DNA of 64,000 bases from Squalus acanthias (Eukaryota), in contig CM059425.1 in NCBI GenBank assembly GCA_030390025.1, positions 176,268,001-176,332,000 on the forward strand. The letters run 5' to 3'. The translations under genes were made by a program, and so were the position numbers. Position 1 is the first letter of the stretch, and each line of letters opens with the position of its first letter. Below, one piece after another: positions 37,191 through 48,722 of this stretch. Under the pieces are notes generated by a model. That model was not told where the DNA came from, did no database searches, and saw nothing but the letters and a program-made list of their open reading frames with translations.

Positions 37191-37759
37191 CCCCCCCCCC
37201 CCACCGGTCTCTTTAATGCACAAGAGATTAACATCTCCGATTAACTCTGATTAACATCTGACCAGAGGTACCAACACAATCCATTTCAATACCAACGGTA
37301 CTTGTATTGAAAAATATTTATGCCTGGAAAGAACAATAACAGAGGTTTTAGATTGATATGAAAGAATTAAGAAGGTAAATTACTCAATCATTAACATGCT
37401 GAAGTTTATGGATGATACGTCGAACAGACATGTCTGAAGACATTTACAAAGGCTAATTATTGCAACAGTAGCTGCAAAGATTACTGCATTTTGTAAAAGA
37501 TTATGATCCATAAAAGATAGAACAAAATCCCCATGAAAAATCATCCACTTAAAATTATGAATTGATTTAATTAGCAAATGGCATACACCCACTATTTTGA
37601 TAAAGGATTGTTACTTTACCACAGAAAATTTGCATTCTTCTAATTTTAAACAAAGAGGAAATCATCAGGTGGAATTTACTGCAGACACGTCTGTCATGTT
37701 CAACAAAATAATATGTTGATATGTTAAGTTAATATCTGTTAATATATGTTAATAGTAAA

Positions 37760-37868
37760 GGATGAACAGTTTGTGTCTCTTTTCTCTTGAAAGGAGAAGG
37801 CTGAGGGGTGACCTAATAGAGGTCTATAAAATTATGAAAGGTTTTGATAGAGTAGATGCAGAGAGAAT
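37760..37868 (+). mobile_element. Short CR1 ORF2 fragment
   Basis: LFSLERRRLRGDLIEVYKIMKGFDRVDAERM. Confidence 0.85.
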
Positions 37869-40015
37869 GGCCGCAATTTTCCCTACCTTGACGGGTCCGT
37901 GGCAGGCAACGTCGGTGGCAGGTCCCGGTCCCACTCCTGTCTCCATCCTGGTCTTTGACATGACATTCCTCTGATTGGGCTTGTTAAGCCCACCCAGCGA
38001 GTTTCCCAGTCAATTGAAGGAAGCGGGTCTCATGACGTGTCATCAGCCGGTTTCCTTAAAGGGACCATGCACAAATTTATTTTGACATTTGTGCTGTCAG
38101 TGTTCTACTGCACTGAGGTGCTGCAAGCACTGCACAGAGGTGCACAGCTGCACCCAGGCTCTCCTATGACTCCCTCCATATGCTTATGGAGGGAGTCACA
38201 GCACACAGGGAGGTTCTCTTCCCTTCCAATGGGCGGAAGAGACCTCCCCAGGAGACCAACATAGCCTGGTTGCACATTGCACAGGAGGACACAAGCAGAG
38301 ATGTCGTCAGGAGGACCAGGCTGCAGTGGCGCAAGCCTTTCAATGATCAGATGACAAGTCCCCTGGACCAGATGGCCTGCATCCCAGGGTCTTAAAAGAA
38401 GTGGCTGCAGAGATAGTGGATGCATTGTTTGCAATATACCAAAATTCCCTGGACTCTGGAGAGGTCCCAGCGGATTGGAAAACCGCAAATGTAACACCCC
38501 TATTTAAGAAAGGAGGGAGACAGAAAGCAGGAAACTATAGACCAGTTAGCCTAACATCTGTCATTGGGAAAATGCTGGAATCCTTCATTAAAGGTAGCAG
38601 GGCATTTGGAAAATCATAATGCAGTCAAGCAGAGTCAGCATGGTTTTATGAAAGGGAAATCATGTTTAACAAATTTGCTGGAGTTCTTTGAGTATGTAAT
38701 GAGCAGGGTAGATAAAGGTGAGCCAGTGGATGTGGTGTATTTAGATTTCCAGAAGGCATTCGATAAGGTGCCACATAAAAGGTTACTGCATAAAATAAGA
38801 GCTTACGGAGTTGGGGGTAATATATTAGCATGGATAGAGAATTGGCTAACTAACAGAAAGCAGAGAGTGGGATAAATGGGTAATTTTTCGGTTGGCAAAC
38901 AGTAACTAGTGGGGTGCCACAGGGATCGGTGCTGGGGCCTCAACTATTTACAATCTACATTAATGACTTGGATGAAGGGACCGAGTGTAATGTAGCCAAG
39001 TTTGCAGATTATACAAAGATGGGTGGGAAAGCAAGTTGTGCAGAGGACTCAAAGAATCTGCAAAGGGATATAGACAGGCTAAGTGAGTGGGCAAACATTT
39101 GGCAGATGGAGTATAATGTGGAAAAGTGCGAGGTTATCCACTTTGGCAGGAAAAATAAAAAGCAAATTATTATTTAAATGGAGAGAGATTACAAAATGCT
39201 ACAGTTCAGAGGGACCTGGGGGTCCTTGTGCATGAAACACAAAAAGTTAGCATGCAGGTACAGCAAGTAATCAAAAAGGCAAATGGAATGGTGGCCTTTA
39301 TTGCAAGGGGGTTGGAGTATAAAAGCAGGGAAGTCCTGCTACAACTGTACAGGGTATTGGTGAGACCACACCTTGAGTACTGCGTACAGTTTTGGTCTCC
39401 TTATTGAAGGAAGGATATATTTGCATTGGAGGCAGTTCAGAGACGATTCACTAGGTTAATTCCAGAGATGAGGGGGTTGACTTATGAAGAAAGGTTGAGC
39501 AGGCTGGGCCTATACTCATTGGAATTTAGAAGAATGAGAGGTGATCTTATTGAAACATATAAGATACTAAGGGGACTCGACAAGGTAGGTGCAGAGAGGA
39601 TGTTTCCCCTTGTGGGAAATCTAGAACTCGGGGGCATAGTTTCAGAATAAAGGGTCGCCCTTTTAGAACTGAGATCAGGAGGAATTTCTTCTCTCAGAGG
39701 GTCGTAAATCTGTGGAATTCTCTGCCCCAGAGAGCCGTGGAGGCTGGGTCATTAAATACATTTAAGTGGAGATAGACAGATTTTTGCAAGATAAGGGAGT
39801 GAAGGATTATGTGGAGCGGGCAGCGAAGTGGCTTTGAGCCCAAGATCAGCCAGGATCTTATTAAATGGCGGAGCAGGCTCGAGGGGCCAAGTGGCCTATT
39901 CCTGCTCCTATTTCTTATGTTCTTATGTTCTTATCTCAGTAGATCACAAAACGTTACTGCAAAGCCACACTCAACCTTATCCTGCTGTGCCACTCATGAC
40001 ATCCCCATCACTCTG
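37869..40015 (+). mobile_element. Harbinger family C left part, split by a CR1 insertion
   Basis: 37890-38348 and 39933-40015 are collinear with 26815-27375. Confidence 0.8.
38349..39932 (+). mobile_element. 5'-truncated CR1 LINE (RT to 3' tail), frameshifted
   Basis: DWKTANVTPLFKKG..NYRPVSLTS, QHGFMKGKSCLTNL, YLDFQKAFDKVPH, PQGSVLGP, KFADYTK; tail (ttcttatg)n. Confidence 0.95.
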
Positions 40016-40811
40016 AATGGAGACTTGTGTAAAGACTTGCAGCATTCTGAATCTGTAGAGGAAATGCAGTTTAGAGAAGCTAGTGGTTAAGGGAACATAT
40101 CTCAATCAGCTGGGAGCTTGGAGTTGACATTTGAAGCTGTCAACTCATCAGCTGATTCAATGGCCACTGACCTCCCGCCTCAGCTTCACAGCTTCCAGTC
40201 CAGGCACAGCAGGAAACCCATGGGCGACCTATCAAATTCAAAAAGCTGGGAAAAAGCATTGTTAAGTGGCTGTAAACAAGTCACTAATGATTTTAATTGC
40301 CTCCCTCGCCGCTGCCTGTCGGGTCTGCTCAGCGCTGGCAGACCCGACATCGGGAAAGTCCAGTGTGCGCGTTTTGACAGCGGGTTCCTGACTCACTGTT
40401 GTCCACAGGACCTGGATCCAGAGCCACAAAAAGTTCAATAACCTCACACAAGTGGTCAAGGTGAGTGATTGCATCTTCAAATGCCATATCCCACCATCTG
40501 CACTGCTCAATGCACCACACCCACATCACTCACCTACCAACAATCTCTAGCAATCACCACTCATACCTCACAATCATAGCTTCAGCTCACCCTCACACAC
40601 TTACCAGTGTTCCAATACTCACTCCCACATCTCACACCTTGCACACACTGCCAGATATTCAATCATGGCAGGCACATCACCCAAACACATTACACCACAC
40701 ACACTGACACACTTCCCTTTCTCTTGCAGACAAAGGCAACTCATAACGGCCGGGAGCAGCAGCAGATGGGTGGAGGGGAAGCCCGACTGCACAACCTCAC
40801 AGAGCTGGAGG

Positions 40812-42071
40812 TGTGAAGGAATAAGCCATATTCAGAAAAATACACCATTCTATGAAATAATTCTGGCCTTACTAAAACATGACAAACTGGGTTTGGAAAT
40901 CTGGAAGCCTCAACAATCTAAAGCTGTAAACAGCATACAGGCTATTGAGATAAGATAAGTTGTTGACACTGAATCAATAACCTTATTGAAACAGAAGGTT
41001 GGAGGCTCCTGAAGTCTGAAGCTTTGGAAAAAACACAATGTTTCACCCTGTTAAGGTGTTCTAAATTACACTTCGGAAAGAAACACATAAAATTAAGAAA
41101 CATATGCCTTCGTAAAAATGACATCAAATGAAACACAGGAGACACGATTCTGTGTTGCAACCAGCTGAGGTAACTAAGAATTGCATAGATCACCCTGGTT
41201 GAGGTGTTTTAATTTACACATCATAAAAAGACACAAACAGAAGACCGTGGTAAAAATGACATCAAATAGATGCACCTGCTGTTACACTGTTTTTTATGAT
41301 AAGCTTCGAACACCTAAAGGAGAGACATGAGTCTGCATTACTACCAGCTGAACTGACTGTAAGAATAGCATAGCTCAGCAGAAAAATGACGAGATAATTC
41401 GCTTACATCAGCAGAAAACTTCAAAGAAAATACCACTGAAAAAGGATATAAATATTGAACTTTCAAATGGGATGATAGATTCGCTGTAAAGGGGCAAAGT
41501 GATTCTCGGCTTCAGAGGCAGGCTCTATAAGTCTCCAACTCTTTGTATCTCGGGGATCAACGGTACTGTAGTTGATTTTGGTGGATATTCTGAATAAAGA
41601 CTAAGAACTGTAAAAATGTAGCGAAGTCAAGATCTGATAATAAGAATTGTAAGCTTTCTCTTTTTGGAACTGTTAATGTTGCGATTGAAACACCTGCTGT
41701 AATTACATGTCGGTTCTTTAATAAATCTATATATTTTAGAATTATCTCACATAATACTTCTGTATCAAACTTGCGAACTCAATCTCTGTACGCACTTTGG
41801 TGAGGAGTTGCAGAATTCTGAGGGAGTTTTCCGGACCCTCATAATATCCAGAACGTTACAGTCTAGCTAAACTTATTAAAAGTGCTATCAGGAGGACGGT
41901 AACATCTTCAGGTTGTTCCTGTCCTTTAGGGAGAGATAGTCTGGACCTTTAGACCCAATTAAGCGTCTTTAGGATTCGGCTACCTCAAACTTTAGTTGAA
42001 AGTGAACGTCTGGGGAATACGCCTGATCCGGGGTAGCCCTAAAGGGGCTAGGACTAGTAATTATCCCTTCA
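40812..42071 (+). mobile_element. Solo LTR, 1260 bp
   Basis: TG...CA ends, 4-bp TSD GAGG (40808-40811 / 42072-42075), subterminal inverted repeat tgaaggaataa / ttatcccttca; removal restores the host frame TELEEAVLEI; TATAA ~41526, AATAAA ~41593 and ~41720. Confidence 0.85.
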
Positions 42072-43469
42072 GAGGAAGCAGTGCTGGAGATCACTGGAGG
42101 GACCAGGAATGAGTCTGTGGATATCAGCAAAGTTGAAAGCATAGCTGATGATGACGGTAGACTCATTCCTAATCCTTCTTCTCACATCCCACTTCCCCCT
42201 CATCTCACAATCTCTTCTCAATTACAAGCTGCTGATGCTGTATGCTTTCCCCCTCTCCCCTCACCACAGCCCGACCCTCGTGCCTTTCTCCTTTCAGCTA
42301 CCCAAGATGTCCCACCAGCACAGCCAGTCCCCGAAGTCATGGAGGAGGAGAGTGAAGGAGAATAAGAGACACCATCACTGCATCTGACACTCGCAGGCAT
42401 CAGCTCAGAAAATGGCACCGCGTGGACTTGAGAGGGTAGTATAGAGGCGGGATTTGCGTGTGGTGTGTCACCAGGCATGAGTGGGCTGCAGCCAGGCCAG
42501 GGTAAAGGGTAGTTCGGGGGCCAACTCTCCAGAGGGTGAGTTCGCGCATGAGTTCTGCTGCACAGGACTCAGATGATGACCTCGATGGGACGGCCTTCAG
42601 AAGAAGGGTGATGGGCATGCACACGGAATTACTTGGTGCAATGGCAAGCCTGCCAGAGAGCCTCTTGTCAGTGTCAAGGAGCATGGAGGAGTCTGGTTCC
42701 AATATTGCATGGAGATTTGCGCGGAGCTTAGAGCCCGTGATTTTCAGGATGGAAACAATGGGCAACTCTGAGAGACCTTGTGGACCCAACCATAATGCTG
42801 CGTGTGATGGCCGATGTCACAGCTTCTATTGCAGCGCTGGTGGAAGCGACCCAATGTCTTAGTGCTGCAGTAGAAGCTCAGACTGCTGCCATCGTGGCTG
42901 GGTTTACGAGTGTGGAACAGGGCTTACAGGGTCTCACAGCAGTCCAGCAATCTGTCCTCCAACACGAATGCTGTGACGCCGCCCCGGGGGAGTGGCAGTG
43001 GGTCTGTGAAGCAAGAACCTGCTGTCCTCTCTCAGGATGACAGCATTCGCACTCCCACCACTGCCACTTCGCCAGTGCCCTTGCTGCTGCCTGTCATCCA
43101 TGCCAGCCCAGGCTGCTGCTGCCCATGCCGAGGTGGTGCAGTCTACAGCTGGGCCTTCTAGGGTCAGAGCTGCTCGAGGTCGTCCTGCAAGGCCATCTGC
43201 AGTCTCCCTCACGGAAAATCAGCTGCCTACCACCAACCATGCTGCAGCCACTGGGGTAGCTCTGTGTAGGAACACTAGAGTAGGAAAAGGAACACGAAAG
43301 ACAGACACTAAGGAAATGCACAAGGGTGATTAGTGGATATTGTTATTTTGATTTGGATTTGATAAATTTATAAATTGTTTGGAATGTTTGTTTTGTGGTG
43401 GCTCTCATTTTTGCTTTGTGCCCAGGAGAAAACTATGATGTTCCGTGACAGAGGGATGGTGAGGTGGGG

Positions 43470-44215
43470 AAGTGGTGAGCAACGGGGATCTGGGGTTTCA
43501 TTTTGGGGCGCCGGATTCTGATAAGGCACTCACAGACAACCCATCCAGAACGGGAATCTGCTGCCTGTCTCCTCCATTTCTCCTCCTCCTCCTGAGATGG
43601 TTGCGGAACTTGTGGTGGCAAGGGCTGTGCCCTCATGATGGCCAAGTTGTAGAGGATGCAGCAGACCACCACAAAATAGGATACCCGCTCCGGTGAGTAC
43701 TGGAGGGCTCCTCCCGAGCGGTCAAGGCAGCGGAACCATTCAGAACCCCGATGGTTTGCTCGATGACATTCCTCGTGGCAGCATGGCTCTCATCATATGA
43801 GTGCTGGCCACACGTGGTGGGGTGGCGGAGGGGAGTCATTAGCCAGGTGCAGAGTGGATAGCCCTTGTCACCGAGCAGCCACCCTCAGGTTGACGTAGTG
43901 GCTGGAGGATTGCTGGCACACCGGACTGGCGCAGGATGAAGGTATCATGACTGTTGCCAGGATAGCGGGCATTCATCATCATGATGCGCTGGGCGTGGTC
44001 GCACAACAACCGCACATTCAGAGTGGCAGCCTTTGTGGTTACGGAACATCTCAGGATTGGTATGTTGCATCCGCAAAGCCATGTGTGTGCAGTCGATGGA
44101 GCCCTGCACCATGGGGAAGCCTGATATCCTGGCAAAGCCACATGCGTGCTCCTCCTGCTTCTCTTTCTAGAGAGAGAAGACAATGAAGTCCCTTCTCCTG
44201 GAGTACACAGGCTCT
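43470..44215 (-). pseudogene. Harbinger transposase C-terminal two-thirds, frameshifted
   Basis: [71 protein letters not shown]. Confidence 0.88.
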
Positions 44216-44715
44216 GTGACAATGTTCCCTGAAATTTTTTTTGGCGCCGTGTGGCCCCTTTAAGTGGTTGTGCGGCCCATTCAAAATATTGCGCATGTGC
44301 AGTGTTTGCATTGAAAAGCCGGCAAGCCGGCTGCGTGGAAGCCCTGGAGCTCTTCATGGCCGCGTGGTCACGCAGCTTAAATGGAACATTGCTCTGTGAC
44401 CTCCCAGATGCAGCGATGGATGGTGAACTGGGAGATGTTAGCGATGTCTTCAATGCTGCCAACCTGCCCAAAATTGCGGCCATTGCAGGACCCACCGGAA
44501 GTGGGCGGAAGCGAAGTGGCCGCCATTTATTCTTCCAAATCGGCCTTAACGGCCGCCGCAAATGGATCCAATTTCCCAGCCATCCTGTCTAGATTATACT
44601 TTGGCAATCTACATCATTTGTGTAAATAAATAAACAGAGGGAATTGGTTTAAACCAGTAGCGACAGAGAGTAAAAGATCCAAACTGGAAAACTTGCAGCC
44701 ATTGTGTAGTTTAAT

Positions 44716-44915
44716 AATACAAAATCAAAATACTGCGGATTCAGGAAATCTGAAATAAAAACAGAAAATGGTAAAATTACTCAGTAGGTCAGGCATCATC
44801 TGAGGAGAGAGAAATAGAGTTAACGTTTCAGGTTGATGACCCAGTTCTGATGAAAGATCTCTCTCCACAGATGCTGCCTGACCGGCTGAGTATTTCAGCA
44901 TTTTCTGTTTTTCTG
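44716..44915. mobile_element. Penelope-like pLTR inverted pair (both hammerhead halves broken)
   Basis: 44716-44842 matches 9420-9548; then cagttctgatgaa...ctctctccacagatgctgcctgacc on the plus strand. Confidence 0.8.
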
Positions 44916-44931
44916 TATTTTATTAATATAT

Positions 44932-46996
44932 GGGGACCGTGAAATATGGTCCGTTTGTGCCAGCTGTTAACGCCACTTTGGATGAAAAAATGGTGGCTGC
45001 CTCGGTTCAGCCCGCTTCCAGCGCGGAACACGGCGGCCTCCATTTTGGGCAGGCCAGCAGTGCTGCCGTTGCCTGTGCTCGCTCCAGATATTGAAATTAG
45101 TCTGATCGTGATGTCAATCGGTGTGCAATGATGAATTGACGCACGACCTGCTATTTTGGACAGTGCCGCTCTTTTTAACGCCCTCTGCAAAGCACGCACA
45201 GCAAAATGTGCAAGCAACTGTACAACGGATCCCCTACCAGCGCTTCTTAAAGGGACACGCACAACTTTCAGGTAAGTTTAGATTTTTGTTTTTGTACTGG
45301 TTTCTTTACATTTTATTGGAGTAGTGGCTTGGTGTAATACATTTGTTAAAGTGTGCAGGGAGTGCTGCTGGACGTTTGCAAGGCTTTGGCTCTTAAAGGA
45401 AGGCCTCTGAGAACACCACTTGCTCCCAGTCCTGGGGGCTGTAGTTGCAGTCCCCCTTGGACTGCAACATGACATGGAGTTGGAACAGAGCTAGCAAAGG
45501 GGACAAGCTGCTCGCGGAGGGAGGAGGAGGAGGAAGAGGAAGAAGCAGAAGTGGAGGAAGTGGAAGGAAGGAGGCAACCCAGACGGCCCCTTTCTGGCTG
45601 GGATATCCGGGATCGAATCATCCACCTGCGGTACCAGTGAACACCACCCCAATTCCCCTTTCAACATTAGTCCCACACCTTACCTTCCCTCTGTTACTGA
45701 CCATCACAGCATCCTCTTGGTCACAATGCTGAAATAAAAGCCACCACAAAGCAAACTTTCCAATCCAACTTTATCCATATATGCATCCACTATTACATTA
45801 AAAAATCAACTAATCACCCTTATGCATTTCCTTAGTGACTGTTTTGTGTGTGCCTTTGCCTATCCTAGTGATGTTACGCAGTGCTACCCCAGTGGCTGCA
45901 GCATGGCTGCTGACTTTCAGTGTGGGACACTGCAGTTGGCCTTGGAGGACGACTTCGAGGAGCTGGTGGCTGGGAGTGTGAAATCAAGTGACTGTGTTTC
46001 TTCTTCTTCTTCACTCTCCTCTCCCTCTTCTTGTTGACTTATTGGCTGGGCAGGCTGGATTTCTTGGGTGTCTGAAATGAGGAAGGCACAAGTGTAGGGT
46101 TGTGATGAGGTGAAGCAAGAGGTGCATGGTGACACAATGTGCAGATTGTAAATCAGAAGCTATTGTGGGATGAAGGGGAAGTGGGATGTGAGTCGAGGAT
46201 AATGTATAAGGATACCGGCATCTTGTACTCTTTCAACCCCGCCGCTGGCCAAGGGCTTAGCAATGCCCCTAACAAGAATTGCCAGCACTGTCTCCACCAA
46301 GGGGGTGAGGTGAAGCTAGGAATGTGAGGTGTGCCTCATGTTTGGTAGAGATTGTTGGTAGGTGAGTGATGGGTGGGGTGGTTGGGCATTGAACAGTGTG
46401 TAAGGCTAGTGGTGCAGTTGGTAGGAGATGGTATTTGAAGATGCATTCACTGACCTTGACCCTTGTTTGAGGTCATAAAACTTCTTTGGACACTGGAGCC
46501 AGGTTCTGGGGGCGGCACTGCTGGCAGTGACTGCCTCGGCGATCTGGTCTCACATTGTCCTTTCTGGAGGGCCTCCTGGCCCCCTGTGGGTAGAGGACCT
46601 CTTCCAGTATTCACCGTCTGCACAAAGGACGAGTGTTGTGTCCGAGACCCTGGGTGCCCTTTCCCTGGCCTGTTGAGCCATTTGGGTTAGTGCTGAAGCA
46701 CTTTTAACATTTTTGATCAGCAGAAGACAGCTCACCTTTAAGAGGGGCAGTCTGTCTTTAAGAGGAGCAGGCTAGCTTTAAGTAAAGCTAGCCTCGCTCG
46801 AACATTGCAAACTTCGGCCCGCTGCTGAGTGCACAGCCTGTCCGCAGCACATTCAGCGCTAGGCTGTACGCTGAAATCATTATAATTAGCAGGCAGCACG
46901 AAGTTGACACGCTGCCTGTGATCCTTCAATGGACACAGGCATATCGCGCATAGAGGGGCCCGTGTCTGTTTTTCAGCACTGTGGAATTTCACCCCC
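44932..46996 (-). mobile_element. Non-autonomous Harbinger family B copy in reverse orientation, lacking the PLE insert
   Basis: Reverse-complement homology to 32090-33880; right end ggaatttcaccccc. Confidence 0.85.
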
Positions 46997-47301
46997 AGTA
47001 TCGCTATAAAACACACACACATATATATCACAATATCTATCATCTACAAGGTGAGCTGGTTGGGAAGACTTGCATCGCTCCTTCTGCCCGGCTACCTCTT
47101 CCTGACAGCCAGGTGAAGGTAATTGCGACATTCTGGCTGATCATGTTGATGCTAACACCTAGACAAAGTGCATTTTTAATTATTTTTCTGTAGACGACAT
47201 GTCACTTCCCCTAACAAATTTAAACTACTCAAATAACATATAAATCTTGTGCATTAAACTTGCACACTGATACAGAATTGCTGGCCTGCAAAAATCATAT
47301 T

Positions 47302-48045
47302 GGGCCAGAAATTCGGCTTTCCGGCTTCCTGTGGGTGCAAGCATCGTGCGCGTACTTGCCTACCATGCCTGAAGTTGTGCTTTGGGCCCACGAGGACTTT
47401 GGGTCCTGGGCCTCCTCCAGCTGCCGGCGCGCAGTGCTTGTGTATCCCAGGGGCGCAGTTAGTTCGAAGCGTCCCCTGGGATCACGTGGGCCATGGAGAG
47501 CCGATCCTAGCAGGGCATTTTCATTCATAGATTTGACAGGAAGACCTGTCAAATCTATGAATAGAGATCGGCCCCAAAACCACACTTAAACTTCAAATAC
47601 ATTTTTAAAAAAGCATCACATTTTTAAAATAACTATAAGTTACATAATTTAACTACTTTAAACAAAAATTTTAATTTTTGAAATGATTAATTATACTTTT
47701 TAACGGTGCTAAAAATAAACTTACCTTTCTTTAAAGTATCTAAAAAAGATACACCTGTTGAAAAAAATTTAAAATTGTAATTAATTAACCACTTACCTTG
47801 TTAAAAACAGGCCTTGCGCCTCCTTTTTAAAAGTGCAGCTTCTTCATACTTACCTTCCCGGAGAAACCTGAAAAAAAAACTGAAGTTCGCTGCGTGCGTG
47901 CAGCCTCTCCCGCGCACGCGTTCGACTTCTGAACCCCTTCCTTCAGGGGAACGGAAGTTCCGGTTTCCCGCGCACGTGCAGTGCATGCAGGAAACCGGCA
48001 CTTCAGGTGGCCTTACGGGTGAGCACACAGCCGAATTTCTGGCCC
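47302..48045. mobile_element. Harbinger-type MITE
   Basis: Perfect 17-bp TIR gggccagaaattcggct / agccgaatttctggccc; TSD ATT. Confidence 0.92.
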
Positions 48046-48511
48046 ATTGACTCTGAGAAATTAGCAAACTCATTCTGATTGTATGTGTGGCATCTTCGTC
48101 TTTCTACATATTTATGACATGGTCATTTTTGCAATTCTTATACAGTTGTGCAGATGGCTGGAGAAGCATATGTGTAGAACTAATTATCCCTGGTACCTTT
48201 GGAAAGCTTGTTATGGTAATAAAAATAAAAGCAATGCACATTTGACTTGCTGTTGATATCAAGATGCCCATGAAAAATGGCCTGTTCTGATGAGCAACAG
48301 AATGTAACATTGAAGGGTAAAAATGTTCTCACATGGAACAGAAAAGTACCTGAGGGCTAAAAAATTAATTTAGCTGCAGTGTGAGAGCATAACTTTTTGT
48401 AGTGATGACCTAAAGAAAATCTACGAGCTCATTATTGCCTTGGATATCTGCTAAATTGGCTTAGATTGGAGATCAAACCTAGGACTTTCCTTGTCTGGTA
48501 TATTTCAACTA

Positions 48512-48722
48512 TGAGAGGTCGCACAACACCAGGTTATAGTCCAACAGTTTTATTTGAAATCACAAGCTTTCGGAGCTATCGATTGCCCCTTCCTCAGGTG
48601 AGGAAGGGGCAATCGATAGCTCCGAAAGCTTGTGATTTCAAATAAAACTGTTGGACTATAACCTGGTGTTGTGCGACCTCTCAATTTTGTCCACCCCAGT
48701 CCAACACCGGCATCTCCGCATC
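48512..48722. mobile_element. Hairpin Penelope-type mini-element (same family as 19829-20014)
   Basis: Perfect 85-bp inverted arms (48512-48596 / 48599-48683) with a 2-nt spacer, ~40-nt tail and 12-bp TSD atatttcaacta; hammerhead motif on minus strand tcac CTGAGGA aggggcaatcgatagctcc GAAA GC TT gtga. Confidence 0.85.

Larger units (their letters stand above)
40100..44581 (+). mobile_element. Large degraded Harbinger element (Myb gene +, transposase -) containing a solo LTR
   Basis: Myb exon remnants at 40405-40460 (RTWIQSHKKFNNL..VK|gtgagt), 40730-42157 and 42298-43333; right end aatttcccagcc; left end uncertain. Confidence 0.8.
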
